This document shows, piece by piece, positions 37,525 through 47,689 of a DNA stretch of 64,000 nucleotides (position 1 is its first letter; each line of letters opens with the position of its first letter). The stretch lies in contig CAZNAA010000001.1 of NCBI GenBank assembly GCA_964571255.1, positions 620,666-684,665 on the forward strand, written 5' to 3'. Origin of the DNA: an uncultured Gammaproteobacteria bacterium (GTDB lineage: Bacteria > Patescibacteriota > Microgenomatia > Levybacterales > UBA12049). Made by a program: the position numbers and the translations under genes. The notes under the pieces are model-generated. The model saw only the letters and a program-made list of their open reading frames with translations, was not told the DNA's origin and did no database searches.

Positions 37525-38406
37525 TTAGAACCAATTTTTCTTTTTGGAATCGGTACTATCAAATTCTTCCAGTAATTCTTTTTGTCTTTTCGTTACACTT
37601 TTTGGAATAGCCACTTTAATCTTGACGTAGTGATCTCCATTCCCGCCTCCTCTGATTCTTGGCATTCCTTTCCCAGAAAGTCTAATAAGCATTCCAGGTT
37701 GTGTTCCTGAGGGAATTTTTATCGTTACTTTTCCTTGAACTGTTTCAACAGGTAATTGAGTTCCGAGTACAGCTTGAGGAAAAGAAATCTCTTCTTCTGT
37801 AATAATGTCTGCTCCTTCTCTTTGATATCTGTTGTGAGGCTGTACATCAATAAGAACGTCATAGTTTTCAAATCGAATACGAGATCCTCGGTCTACCCCT
37901 GCTGGGATTTTTATCTTTTGTTTTTTCCCATCAATCGTTACTTCTTTTTCTACTCCTTTTATAGCATCATCAAAAGTAATGGTTAAGGAGTAAACAGGAC
38001 GACGTTGGGCTCTGGAGAAAGGTCCGCCGGCTCCTCCAAAAAATTGTTCGAAAATTTCAAAGGGATCTGAAAATCCGCCAGAATCAAATCCTTGGTTTTG
38101 AGAAGAAGAATAAGTATACGTAAATGGCCCTCCTCCTTGGAAAGGTCCACCAGGTCCTGGTCCCCCTGCTCCTGGACCTCCTTGATCAAAAGCAGCTGAA
38201 CCATATTGATCGTATAATTGTTTTTTCTGAGGATCTGAGAGAACTTCGTATGCCTTAGTTATTTCTTTAAATTTAGTTTCTGCTTCCTTAGTTTTATTTC
38301 TATCTGGGTGATACTGCAGTGCAAGCTTTCGATATGACTTTTTTATTTCATCAGGTGGAGATGATTTGGTAATTCCTAGTAATTGATAATAATCAGTTTG
38401 TGCCAT
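37525..38406 (-). CDS. dnaJ: DnaJ-family co-chaperone (J domain + G/F region + C-terminal domains; no Zn-finger CxxCxGxG repeats)
   Basis: YYQLLGITKSSPPDEIKKSYRKLALQYHPDRN. Confidence 0.9.
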   Translation of the reverse strand: MAQTDYYQLLGITKSSPPDEIKKSYRKLALQYHPDRNKTKEAETKFKEITKAYEVLSDPQKKQLYDQYGSAAFDQGGPGAGGPGPGGPFQGGGPFTYTYSSSQNQGFDSGGFSDPFEIFEQFFGGAGGPFSRAQRRPVYSLTITFDDAIKGVEKEVTIDGKKQKIKIPAGVDRGSRIRFENYDVLIDVQPHNRYQREGADIITEEEISFPQAVLGTQLPVETVQGKVTIKIPSGTQPGMLIRLSGKGMPRIRGGGNGDHYVKIKVAIPKSVTKRQKELLEEFDSTDSKKKNWF

Positions 38407-38425
38407 AGGTCTTTAGATACGAAAG

Positions 38426-38443
38426 AAGCGCGTTTCCGCGCTT
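38426..38443. other. Intergenic hairpin AAGCGCG-TTTC-CGCGCTT between dnaK and dnaJ
   Basis: 7-bp GC stem; minus-strand RNA loop GAAA; T-run on plus side, weak U-run on minus side. Confidence 0.4.
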
Positions 38444-38467
38444 TTGTATAGCTTTTTGAGCTAATAG

Positions 38468-40381
38468 TTATTCTACCACTTCTCCTTCTTTTGCTTTTCC
38501 TTTATCTTCTCCCGGCTCTTTTTTCTCATCACCATCAGTTTTCCCATCTTCCTCAACTGCTTCAATTTCTGGTTCCTCAGTTGGATTAGGAGTAGATTGC
38601 ATATGTTGTCCAATTTTTTGCATAGATTCAGCTAACTCTTTGGATTTACTCTCAATCTCTTCTTTGCTTCCTGAATCAAGTACGCTTCTGAGACTACTGA
38701 TTTTTTCCTCAACTTCAGTTTTTATTTCATCAGTTATTTTCCCTTCAGCATCTTTAAGGGATTTTTCTGCAGTAAAGATGAGTGAGTCAGCCATGTTTTT
38801 AGCCTCAACTTGAGATTTTTTCTCTTCGTCTTCTTTTGCATGCAACTCTGCTTCTTTAGTCATTTTTTCAACCTCTTCTTTGGATAACCCAGTTGAGCCT
38901 TGAATCTTGATACTTTGCTCTTTGCCACTAGCTTTGTCTTTAGCCGTAACGTGCAAGATTCCATTGGCATCAATATCAAAAGTCACCTCAACTTGTGGCA
39001 TACCTCGTGGAGCTGGTGGAATTCCGTCTAGGATAAATCTTCCCAAGGATTTATTATCAGCTGCCATAGATCTCTCCCCCTGTAATACATTAATTTCAAC
39101 TTGTGTTTGGTTATCAGCAGCAGTTGAGAAAACTTGGGATTTACTCGTTGGAATAGTCGTATTTCGATTAATAAGAGGAGTTGAAACAGCACCAAGCGTC
39201 TCAATACCCAGAGTTAATGGAGTAACGTCTAAAAGAAGTACATCTTTAACATCTCCTGCCAATACTCCTCCTTGAATGGCTGCACCCATGGCAACGACTT
39301 CATCTGGATTTACTGACTTATTGGATTCTTTCCCAAAGTATTTAGAAACTGTTTCGATAATCTTTGGCATTCGAGTCATTCCTCCAACCAAAACGACTTC
39401 ATCAACCTCCGATGCTTTCATCCCAGCGTCTTTAAGAGCTAATTCTACTGGTTTAAGCGTTTTTTGAACTAAATCATCAACAAGTTGCTCAAGCTTGGAA
39501 CGAGTCAAAGTCAAAGTCAAATGTAGTGGGCCATTCTCTCCTTGGGTGATGAATGGTTGATTAATGGATGCCTCTTGTGAAGAAGATAGTTCAATTTTGG
39601 CTTTTTCAGCAGATTCTTTGAGACGTTGGAGTGCTTGAGGATCTTTTCTCAAATCAACGTTGTTTTCCTTTTTAAATTCATCGGCAATGTGATCAATAAT
39701 GACTTGATCAAAATCATCTCCTCCCAAATGAGTATCACCATTCGTCGACTTTACCTCAGTTACGCCTTCTCCTAACTCAAGAATAGAAATATCAAACGTC
39801 CCTCCGCCCAAGTCATATACGGCAATCGTATGAGAGTTTTTCTTATCTAAGCCATAGGCTAAAGCTGCTGCAGTTGGTTCGTTAATAATTCGTTTTACAT
39901 CAAGTCCAGCAATCTCTCCAGCTTGTTTGGTTGCTTGGCGTTGACTGTCATCAAAATAGGCGGGAACGGTGATAACTGCTTCTGTTACTTTCTCACCCAG
40001 ATAGGACTCTGCATCGGCTTTGATTTTTTGCAAAATCATGGCTGAGATTTCTTGTGGAGTAAAGGTTTTCCCATCAACCTCAACTACTGCCATTCCATCT
40101 CGTCCTTCTTTAACAGTGTATGGAAGCCATTTCAAATCGCGTTGTACGGATTCGTCTTTAAACTTTTTTCCCATGAGACGTTTGACTGAGAAAATGGTTT
40201 GTTTTGGCTTTAACACCATTTGGCGCTTAGCAACGTCTCCAACAACGTGGGAGATTGGGTCAACCACTGAAGGGATAACGTTTCTGCCTTCAGCTGAGTG
40301 GATAACATTTGCCATTCCACCTTGCATTACAGCAACGCATGAGTTTGTTGTTCCTAAATCAATTCCAATTATTTTACCCAT
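38468..40381 (-). CDS. dnaK: Chaperone DnaK (Hsp70)
   Basis: [31 protein letters not shown], acidic C-terminal tail. Confidence 0.97.
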   Translation of the reverse strand: MGKIIGIDLGTTNSCVAVMQGGMANVIHSAEGRNVIPSVVDPISHVVGDVAKRQMVLKPKQTIFSVKRLMGKKFKDESVQRDLKWLPYTVKEGRDGMAVVEVDGKTFTPQEISAMILQKIKADAESYLGEKVTEAVITVPAYFDDSQRQATKQAGEIAGLDVKRIINEPTAAALAYGLDKKNSHTIAVYDLGGGTFDISILELGEGVTEVKSTNGDTHLGGDDFDQVIIDHIADEFKKENNVDLRKDPQALQRLKESAEKAKIELSSSQEASINQPFITQGENGPLHLTLTLTRSKLEQLVDDLVQKTLKPVELALKDAGMKASEVDEVVLVGGMTRMPKIIETVSKYFGKESNKSVNPDEVVAMGAAIQGGVLAGDVKDVLLLDVTPLTLGIETLGAVSTPLINRNTTIPTSKSQVFSTAADNQTQVEINVLQGERSMAADNKSLGRFILDGIPPAPRGMPQVEVTFDIDANGILHVTAKDKASGKEQSIKIQGSTGLSKEEVEKMTKEAELHAKEDEEKKSQVEAKNMADSLIFTAEKSLKDAEGKITDEIKTEVEEKISSLRSVLDSGSKEEIESKSKELAESMQKIGQHMQSTPNPTEEPEIEAVEEDGKTDGDEKKEPGEDKGKAKEGEVVE

Positions 40382-40443
40382 ATATTTTTTGTGAGTCTTT
40401 TTAAGATCTCAGAGAAAAAAATTTATTTTTCTTCTCTCAAATC

Positions 40444-40956
40444 TTACTTTCCTCCAACTGCTACTTCAGCAGGACGTAGTAATTTTCCGTAGAGCAAGTA
40501 TCCAGGACGTCTTTCTTCAATCACTATATTAGCATCTCCGTCAATAATTTCAACTGCCTCCATGAGGGATGGATCAAAAACTTTTCCAACTGTTTCTATC
40601 TTCTCAACCCCTTCACCTTTTAGTGCGTCTTTGTAGACAGTAATGACTAATTCAAGAGTCTTATCAGTATTATGCTTTGAAGTCATCTCCAGCATATCTA
40701 GAGTGGGAAGTAATCGTTGCAGAAGAGACAGATTGGCACTTTTAATCCACTCTGACTTTTCTTCTCGTACTCGCTTTTCAAGGTTCTGATAATCAGCAAG
40801 AATTCTCTTGTACTGATTTGTCATTTCTTCTAGTTGTATTTCGCAACTGTCATGTATGTCTTCTTCAAGAACAGGCATTTCCTCCACGTCTTGTTGTTCC
40901 TCTTTCACTTGATCTTGCTTCTTCATAATTTTACCACTGTTTTGCCACGTCTTCAA
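40444..40956 (-). CDS. grpE: Nucleotide exchange factor GrpE
   Basis: coiled-coil N-half and C-terminal beta domain; operon position. Confidence 0.85.
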   Translation of the reverse strand: MKTWQNSGKIMKKQDQVKEEQQDVEEMPVLEEDIHDSCEIQLEEMTNQYKRILADYQNLEKRVREEKSEWIKSANLSLLQRLLPTLDMLEMTSKHNTDKTLELVITVYKDALKGEGVEKIETVGKVFDPSLMEAVEIIDGDANIVIEERRPGYLLYGKLLRPAEVAVGGK

Positions 40957-41665
40957 TCAAATCTCCAAAATATCTTACTGCAGGAACAATAGTTGTATAG
41001 TTAAGGCGTTGTGGTCCAATAACTCCAATTTCTCCATGTTCCTGTCCTGGTACGTTGTACTCAGTAAAAACTAACCCATATGGTCCTTTTAACGCTCCTC
41101 CTAATTCATCTCCCATAACAATGTGAATTTCTTCATCAACGTCACTGTTTGCAAATAGTACTTTGAAATATTCATACTCATCCAAGGCTTGTAAAAGTGT
41201 TTTAGTGATATCGATATCAAAAAACTCTGGCATATCTAAAATATGTGCATAGCCTGAGCAATAGATTTGTCCACTTCCTGTTGTAGCAATGGCAACGGCT
41301 CCCGTTTTTTGAGCTAATGACTTAGTAACTTCCCTCAGAAACCTATCGACTTGAGACCGATAATCCCATACATTTTCTTTTAAGGCTACTTCCTCAACCG
41401 TTGATAACTGCTTTACTTTCATTAACTCTTTGACATACAGTCTCATGCCTTCAGCGGTTGGGATTCTTCCGGCTGAGGTGTGAGGTTTTTCTAAATAGCC
41501 AAGAGTTGTTAGATGAACCATTTCGTTTCGAATGGTTGCAGGAGAAGCACTTAAATTATATTTCTTCTCAATGGTTTCTGATCCAACTGGTAAAGCAGTG
41601 TCAATGTATTCCTCAATAATACTTTTCAGAATATCGATTTGACGCTGAGTAAGGTTATGAATCAT
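40931..41665 (-). CDS. hrcA: Heat-inducible transcription repressor HrcA (short, 244 aa)
   Basis: N-terminal winged HTH (TQRQIDILKSIIEEYIDTALPVGSETI), operon hrcA-grpE-dnaK-dnaJ. Confidence 0.85.
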   Translation of the reverse strand: MIHNLTQRQIDILKSIIEEYIDTALPVGSETIEKKYNLSASPATIRNEMVHLTTLGYLEKPHTSAGRIPTAEGMRLYVKELMKVKQLSTVEEVALKENVWDYRSQVDRFLREVTKSLAQKTGAVAIATTGSGQIYCSGYAHILDMPEFFDIDITKTLLQALDEYEYFKVLFANSDVDEEIHIVMGDELGGALKGPYGLVFTEYNVPGQEHGEIGVIGPQRLNYTTIVPAVRYFGDLIEDVAKQW

Positions 41666-41676
41666 AAGTTAGCAAT

Positions 41677-41705
41677 ATATTAACAAGACTGCCAGATTTT
41701 GTCAA
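41677..41705 (-). promoter_or_regulatory. Consensus sigma70 promoter TTGACA(41700-41705)-N17-TAATAT(41677-41682), 11 nt before hrcA ATG
   Basis: seen directly on minus strand; no CIRCE inverted repeat detectable nearby. Confidence 0.5.
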
Positions 41706-41745
41706 GTATATACATGAGAGTCTTTTTTTCGATACTATAAAAACA

Positions 41746-42081
41746 ATGATGAAAAGAAACAAGCGCAAAATCATGCATGCACTTCTAAGTGGTGTGTTTT
41801 TTATTCTTTTTTGTTTGTTTATTCGCTATGTCTCACCTGAGACAGTCGTAAGCTTAGGCTTTTTCTCTCTTTCCAGCTTGCCTTTTTTCTTTATCCTCCT
41901 TTTTCTTTTTACCTACTTTTTAACTATTACCTTTCTTCCCAGTGGTTTTCATGGACTTCTCATCTCAGGCTTTATCACCACCTACTTTTTGTTTCGGCTC
42001 AACGGACTGGAGAACCCGTTGTTTTTTGTCTTGCTTCTCTCTCTTCTTCTTCTCATTGAGCTTGTCATGTATAAGCGCTAG
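41746..42081 (+). CDS. Small membrane protein (111 aa)
   Basis: 3-4 hydrophobic helices; TACTAT 7 nt upstream of ATG. Confidence 0.45.
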   Translation: MMKRNKRKIMHALLSGVFFILFCLFIRYVSPETVVSLGFFSLSSLPFFFILLFLFTYFLTITFLPSGFHGLLISGFITTYFLFRLNGLENPLFFVLLLSLLLLIELVMYKR

Positions 42082-42101
42082 TTTCTATTTTTAGCCTCGT
42101 T

Positions 42102-42110
42102 TGGTACAAT
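42102..42110 (+). promoter_or_regulatory. extended -10 TGgTACAAT 6 nt upstream of metG ATG 42117
   Basis: ttTGgTACAATccagttATG. Confidence 0.5.
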
Positions 42111-42116
42111 CCAGTT

Positions 42117-43565
42117 ATGAACAAGTATTACATCACTAATGCCATTCCCTATGTCAATGCAGCTCCTCATATTGGACACGCATTAGAATTTATTCAATCA
42201 GATACCATTGCTCGGTTTCACCGCTTACTTGGTGAAGAAGTAACATACCTTTGTGGCTCTGATGAGAATGCTCTTAAAAATGTTCAAGCAGCAGAAAAGA
42301 CTGGAGAAACAGTTCAAGTGTTTGTTGATAAATATGCATCAGTTTTTGAGGAAGCAGTGAAGAAATTAGGAGTTGCGTTTGATATCTTTCAAAAAACGAG
42401 TGATCAAGACAAACACTATCCAGCTAGTCAGAAGTTATGGGAACTTTGTAATGCAAACGGCGACATCTATAAAAAGTCCTACAAAGGGCTCTATTGTGTA
42501 GGATGTGAGACGTTTTATGCTAAAGAGGAACTTAACGAAAATGGCGAGTGCTTTGAACACCCTGGGAAAAAATTAGAAGAAGTAGAGGAGGAAAACTACT
42601 TCTTCCGCCTTTCTAAGTATCAAAAGGAGCTTATTGAACTTATTGAATCAGATACCTACCAAATTGTCCCTTCATTTAGGAAAAACGAAATTCTTTCTTT
42701 TCTGAAAAGTGGACTTGAGGACTTTAGTATTTCTCGAAGTAATGAGAGAGCCAAAAACTGGGGAATACCAGTTCCTGGAGATCCAACTCAGCGAATTTAT
42801 GTCTGGTTTGACGCGTTAAACGTATATCAAAGTGGGATTGGATTTTGCTGGGATGAGGAGCAATATTCAAAACTTTGGCCAGCTGATTTACATGTGATTG
42901 GCAAAGGAATTATTCGATTCCATGCTATCTATTGGCCAGCTATGCTTCTTTCAGCTAAACTCCAGCTTCCCAAAAAACTCTTTGTTCATGAGTACTTTAC
43001 TGTTGACGGGCAAAAAATGTCAAAGACTCTTGGAAATGTGATTGATCCAGTCGAAATGGTTGAAAAGTATGGAGCAGATCCCTTACGGTATTATTGCCTC
43101 TCTAAATTCTCTCCATTTTCTGATGGGGACTTTTCAGAAGAAAGACTCAAAGAAACGTATAACTCTGATTTAGCCAATGGACTAGGAAATCTTGTTGCCA
43201 GAGTTTCACGACTTTGTGAGACAGTACAGCTTGAAAACAAAGGACGAGTTAAGTCTCTTTCTGAATTAACTGAAATTGAAGAGTATCTTTCCTTTTTTGA
43301 AGAATTTAAGTTTAATGAAGTACTTTCTTTTGTCTGGAGAAAAATTACAGAGGTTGATCAATATATAAATCAAGAAAAACCATGGACTTTAGTTGAATCA
43401 GATACGGAGAAGGCAAAAGAGATCCTCACAAGGTGTGTTGAGGAAATTCTCGATATCTCAGTTCTTCTTACTCCTTTTATGCCAGAAACAGCAGGGAAAA
43501 TTCAAAATATATTTGGGAAAGAGGCAATTACTGCAGGAGAATCATTATTCCCTCGTCTTTCGTAA
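42117..43565 (+). CDS. metG: Methionine--tRNA ligase, minimal form (482 aa, no C-terminal tRNA-binding domain)
   Basis: HIGH motif PYVNAAPHIGHA, KMSKS motif KMSKTLGN. Confidence 0.92.
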   Translation: MNKYYITNAIPYVNAAPHIGHALEFIQSDTIARFHRLLGEEVTYLCGSDENALKNVQAAEKTGETVQVFVDKYASVFEEAVKKLGVAFDIFQKTSDQDKHYPASQKLWELCNANGDIYKKSYKGLYCVGCETFYAKEELNENGECFEHPGKKLEEVEEENYFFRLSKYQKELIELIESDTYQIVPSFRKNEILSFLKSGLEDFSISRSNERAKNWGIPVPGDPTQRIYVWFDALNVYQSGIGFCWDEEQYSKLWPADLHVIGKGIIRFHAIYWPAMLLSAKLQLPKKLFVHEYFTVDGQKMSKTLGNVIDPVEMVEKYGADPLRYYCLSKFSPFSDGDFSEERLKETYNSDLANGLGNLVARVSRLCETVQLENKGRVKSLSELTEIEEYLSFFEEFKFNEVLSFVWRKITEVDQYINQEKPWTLVESDTEKAKEILTRCVEEILDISVLLTPFMPETAGKIQNIFGKEAITAGESLFPRLS

Positions 43566-43569
43566 TTAC

Positions 43570-43905
43570 TTATTTAAAAAGCATATTCAAAGCCCAGGAG
43601 ATAAGAGATAAAACAATACTAAATAGGAGTGCCCATAAAAACCCATCAACAGTAAAGCCAGGAACAACATACGTTGCTCCCAAAATAAGTAAGGCGTTAA
43701 TAACCAGAGTAAACAAACCAAAGGTGAGAATAGTAATAGGAAGGGTAAGTAAAACTAAGATTGGCTTAATAACTACATTGGCAATTCCTAAGACTACAGC
43801 GAGAACTAATGCGGTGACAAAAGTGTCAACATGAATTCCAGGAAGAATATAGGCAGCAGTAAGAATAGCTAGCGCATTCAGTAACCAATTAATAAGTATT
43901 CCCAT
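43570..43905 (-). CDS. YvlD/DUF360 (phage holin 4_2 family) 4-TM membrane protein
   Basis: NALAILTAAYILPGIHVDTF...KPILVLLTLPITILTFGLFTLVINALLIL...VPGFTVDGF; likely start MGILINW (43905); longer ORF to 43968 also possible. Confidence 0.65.
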   Translation of the reverse strand: MGILINWLLNALAILTAAYILPGIHVDTFVTALVLAVVLGIANVVIKPILVLLTLPITILTFGLFTLVINALLILGATYVVPGFTVDGFLWALLFSIVLSLISWALNMLFK

Positions 43906-43951
43906 ATCTATATGGTATTCCAAACTAATTTCCCAGGTCAAGAGTGATTCT

Positions 43952-43960
43952 TGGTATAAT
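43952..43960 (+). promoter_or_regulatory. extended -10 TGgTATAAT 7 nt upstream of tatD ATG 43968
   Basis: ttTGgTATAATgcagacaATG. Confidence 0.5.
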
Positions 43961-43967
43961 GCAGACA

Positions 43968-44783
43968 ATGATTGATATTCATTGTCATTTAAATTTTCAC
44001 TCCTATGAAAATGATACTCCAGAAGTAATTAAGAATGCTTTTGCTGCAGGAGTGAGAGCAATTGTTAATGTTGGGACAAAACTGGACTCGAGTAAACAAG
44101 CAGTTGAACTAGCTCACCAATATGACAATTTGTGGGCAATCGTGGGAGTTCATCCTCATCATGCAGACAAAGTCGAGTTAGGTGAAGACTGGATCAAAGA
44201 GCTTGAGATTCTAGCAACAGATGAGAAAGTTATTGGAATTGGAGAGATTGGAATGGATTATTACTCCTATCAATCAAACGGCATTGTGGAATCCTCACTT
44301 CAAAAAGAAGTCTTTGAGGCCCAAATTGAGCTAGCTCATAGACAAAAACTTCCTCTCCAAATTCATCATAGACAAGTAGGACAAGAACTCATTGATATTC
44401 TCCTCCATCACAAAAATCTACTTCTTCCTATTCCTGGGATGTTTCATTGTTTTGCTGGATCAAAAGAGTTTCTCAAACAAGCACTAGACTTAGGATTTTT
44501 TATTGGCTTTGATGGAAACGTGACGTATAAAGGGATTCCCAAAGGAGAAACTGTCTCCCTTCGAGAACTTGCTGAGTACACACCCCTTGATCGAATCGTT
44601 ACCGAAACTGATAGCCCTTATCTTACTCCTGAGCCTTTCCGTGGACAGAGAAATGAGTCAAAACATGTTATACTTGTTGGAGAGTTCCTTGCAGATCTTA
44701 AAGGAGTAACGAATGCGGAAATGAGTGAGATTACAGTGAAGAATGTCTTGACTGCTTTCCCAAAATTGAAACTTACTCTTTAG
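43968..44783 (+). CDS. tatD: TatD-family metal-dependent hydrolase/DNase
   Basis: MIDIHCHLNF..., GEIGMDYY, HHR, FDGNVTYK motifs. Confidence 0.85.
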   Translation: MIDIHCHLNFHSYENDTPEVIKNAFAAGVRAIVNVGTKLDSSKQAVELAHQYDNLWAIVGVHPHHADKVELGEDWIKELEILATDEKVIGIGEIGMDYYSYQSNGIVESSLQKEVFEAQIELAHRQKLPLQIHHRQVGQELIDILLHHKNLLLPIPGMFHCFAGSKEFLKQALDLGFFIGFDGNVTYKGIPKGETVSLRELAEYTPLDRIVTETDSPYLTPEPFRGQRNESKHVILVGEFLADLKGVTNAEMSEITVKNVLTAFPKLKLTL

Positions 44784-44793
44784 GCACTAACGT

Positions 44794-46287
44794 ATGACAA
44801 ATACATTTGATCGTCTTTTTACCCGCTACCCTATTAAAACAAGACGTTTTTTCGAAATTCTCCCAGGATTTATGGCCTGGACTCTCATTTTATTTCCCAT
44901 CTGGGGAGCACTTCTTATCCCAACCTTTCTTGCCTACTTTATTCTTTTCTTTGATATCTATTGGTTGTATAAATCTGCCTCTCTTGTCGTAACCGCCCAC
45001 ATTGCGTCAAAAAAGATTCGGGTAACAGAAAAAATAAATTGGTATGAAAGAGCTCAAAAGTTTGAAGAGAGATCAAAGGTCCATCATATTCTTATTATCC
45101 CAAACTACACCGAGACTGCCGAGAAACTTAAAGTAACTCTTCAAGCTTTAGCAAATCAAAATATGCCTCTTAAATACTTACACATCGTTTTGGCTATGGA
45201 GGAGAGGGAGAAAAATGGAAGAGAAAAAGGAGATATTCTTATTAAGGAATTTAAAGATGTCTTTGGAACTATTATGGCCACCTATCACCCAGACGTTTTG
45301 GGTGAAGTGAAAGGCAAGTCTTCAAATGAGGCATACGGAGGACGGGAAGCATATAAGTATCTTATTGAAAATGGTCCATTAGATTTGGATTACACCACAG
45401 TAACAGCCATTGATGCTGACTCTATTTTTGATAAAGAATATTTTGGCAATCTTACCTATCTTTTCCTTGAAGATAAATTACGGTATCAAAAATTCTGGCA
45501 ATCAGCTATTGTTCACTACACTAATATCTGGCAAGTTCCCGCCCCTAATAGAATTATTTCTTTCTTTGGAGGATTGTGGAGAACCTCCCTTCTTGTCAGA
45601 CAAGACAAACTACTAACGCACGCAACCTACTCTCTTTCTTTCAGACTCCTTCATGAAATAGGCTACTGGGATGTTGATGTTATTCCTGAAGATTATCGAA
45701 TCTTTTTCAAAGCATTTTATGCCAAACAGGGGCAAATTTGGGTTGAGCCAATTTTTCTCAAAACCTCCGTTGATGTTGCCCAGTCCCCAACGTACTGGGG
45801 AAGTCTACAGAATAAATATAATCAGGAGAGGCGCTGGTCATGGGGAGTATCTGATCAACCTCTTTTTATTAAATGGTGGTTCACCGTTCCTGGAGTTCCT
45901 TTTTACAGAAAGACAACCCTTCTTTTACAAGTATTAATGGATCACGTGTTATGGCCTGCTAATTGGTTTATTATCACCATTGCAGCAAACGTTATTCCCT
46001 TTGTTAATCCAGTCTACTCTCGAACGGCACTTGGCTACCGGCTTCCACAACTTGCCGGATCTATTTTAACTATTGGGCTTATTTCAATTGTTGCACTCAT
46101 TTATATAGATTTTAAAAATAAACCAGAGCATATCAAACTTCCTTGGTACCGAAAACTCTTTTTCCCGTTTGAGTTTATTTTAATGCCTCTTATTGGATTT
46201 TTCCTTTCTGCACTCCCTGCTCTTATCTCACACACTCAGCTCATGTTTGGCAAGAGAATGGAGTATAAAGTAACTGAGAAAGTATAA
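44794..46287 (+). CDS. Membrane-embedded processive family-2 glycosyltransferase (cellulose/chitin/hyaluronan-synthase-like)
   Basis: N-terminal TMs, DxD (TAIDADSIF), Q(x2)RW motif (QERRWSWG), C-terminal TM bundle. Confidence 0.8.
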   Translation: MTNTFDRLFTRYPIKTRRFFEILPGFMAWTLILFPIWGALLIPTFLAYFILFFDIYWLYKSASLVVTAHIASKKIRVTEKINWYERAQKFEERSKVHHILIIPNYTETAEKLKVTLQALANQNMPLKYLHIVLAMEEREKNGREKGDILIKEFKDVFGTIMATYHPDVLGEVKGKSSNEAYGGREAYKYLIENGPLDLDYTTVTAIDADSIFDKEYFGNLTYLFLEDKLRYQKFWQSAIVHYTNIWQVPAPNRIISFFGGLWRTSLLVRQDKLLTHATYSLSFRLLHEIGYWDVDVIPEDYRIFFKAFYAKQGQIWVEPIFLKTSVDVAQSPTYWGSLQNKYNQERRWSWGVSDQPLFIKWWFTVPGVPFYRKTTLLLQVLMDHVLWPANWFIITIAANVIPFVNPVYSRTALGYRLPQLAGSILTIGLISIVALIYIDFKNKPEHIKLPWYRKLFFPFEFILMPLIGFFLSALPALISHTQLMFGKRMEYKVTEKV

Positions 46288-46289
46288 GT

Positions 46290-46643
46290 ATGAAAGAGCT
46301 GTTGCAAGATATTAAAGCTGATGGATTAGTTTGGAGAGGAACCATTGCTGCAACAATCCTTCTTTTCATTTGTATTATCTATACTGGAATTGCCTACTAT
46401 ATTTTCCCACCCGTCATTCCTCTTTTTCACCAACTTCCTTGGGGAGAACAACGACTGGCTGAGAAAATAGGAATTGTACTTCCTGTTGGCTTTACTTTTT
46501 GTACGGTCTATATCAATGTGATTCTCGCTACGATGATTCATAAGACACTTCCTTTAGTTGGAAGAATTCTGATTATCACTAGTCTTTTATTAACGATTCT
46601 TTTAAGTATCTTTTTAATTAAAACGACTCTTTTAGTTATATGA
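46290..46643 (+). CDS. Small membrane protein (117 aa)
   Basis: hydrophobic ORF; 4-nt overlap with next gene. Confidence 0.45.
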   Translation: MKELLQDIKADGLVWRGTIAATILLFICIIYTGIAYYIFPPVIPLFHQLPWGEQRLAEKIGIVLPVGFTFCTVYINVILATMIHKTLPLVGRILIITSLLLTILLSIFLIKTTLLVI

Positions 46644-47689
46644 TCGAAATACTTTATTTGCCATTTCTTTTTTCAGCTCTTTTAACAGCATTTCTTACTT
46701 ACCTCCTTATTCCTCTTATTAAAAAAGCAGGACTCGTGGATGATCCAAAAATTCATATTCACCCAAAAGTGATTCATACAGGGAGTGTTCCCCGAGGGGG
46801 AGGAATACCACTTTTCTTGGGAGTTTTCATCTCAGGGTTACTTTTTCTTCCTATTAATCAACAAACGATTATTCTATTTGTGGCCTCATTTCTTTGCTTA
46901 ATCGTTGGAACGATTGATGATAAATATAATGGTCTTGGGAAAGATCTCTCTCCTGTTATTAGACTTGGAGTGAATATTTTAGCTGCAAGTATCGTTGTTT
47001 TTGGAGGAATCTCCATTTCATTTCTCACTAACCCTTTTGGAGGGATTATTCATTTGGATATTCCCCTTCTTTCTTTTCTCCCTATTACTGCAGGACAAAT
47101 TATCTCCATTGTCTGGATTATTTGGGTTATGAATATGATGAACTGGAGTAAGGGGGTTGATCAAATGCCAGGACTTGTTGCTATTGCTGCATTTGTCATA
47201 GGGCTTTTAGCAATAAAACTAAGTGGAGATATGCAGTTTTTAGATACCCCTCTCTCTTTTATCATTGCAGGAGCAGCACTGGGCTTTCTTCCTTTTAATC
47301 TCAATCCTGCCCGGATTTTTCCTGGATACGGAGCGACCGCACTTTATTTGCTTCTAGCTGCAGTTTCCATTCTTTCCAGTGCAAAATTAGCAACAGCTAT
47401 TTTAGTTATGGGAGTTCCAACTATTGATGCAGCCTTTACGATTATTAGACGAATTGCAAACAAAAAATCCCCCATGTATGGAGATCGGAAACATTTGTAT
47501 CATTTGCTTTTGGATTTTGGTTATTCGAAGAGACAAATTGCGTTGTTCTATTGGGCTTTATCTGCTATATTGGGCGTTGTGGCCCTCACTCTTGAAAGTA
47601 AGAGTAAGTTATTTGCTATAGTAATGGTAACAGTTATTACGGTTGGGGGATTAATATTTTTACACAGCTTTAATGAAAAAGATTCTTAG
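46640..47689 (+). CDS. Polyprenyl-phosphate sugar-1-phosphate transferase of the MraY/WecA family
   Basis: GTIDDKYNGLG and MNMMNWSKGVDQMPG motifs, ~10 TM. Confidence 0.8.
   Translation: MIEILYLPFLFSALLTAFLTYLLIPLIKKAGLVDDPKIHIHPKVIHTGSVPRGGGIPLFLGVFISGLLFLPINQQTIILFVASFLCLIVGTIDDKYNGLGKDLSPVIRLGVNILAASIVVFGGISISFLTNPFGGIIHLDIPLLSFLPITAGQIISIVWIIWVMNMMNWSKGVDQMPGLVAIAAFVIGLLAIKLSGDMQFLDTPLSFIIAGAALGFLPFNLNPARIFPGYGATALYLLLAAVSILSSAKLATAILVMGVPTIDAAFTIIRRIANKKSPMYGDRKHLYHLLLDFGYSKRQIALFYWALSAILGVVALTLESKSKLFAIVMVTVITVGGLIFLHSFNEKDS

Noticed and set aside
41666-41745. CIRCE-like half site TTAGCAA near the hrcA promoter
   Set aside because: No matching inverted half (GAGTGCTAA) at 9-nt spacing; listed under findings as an absence.
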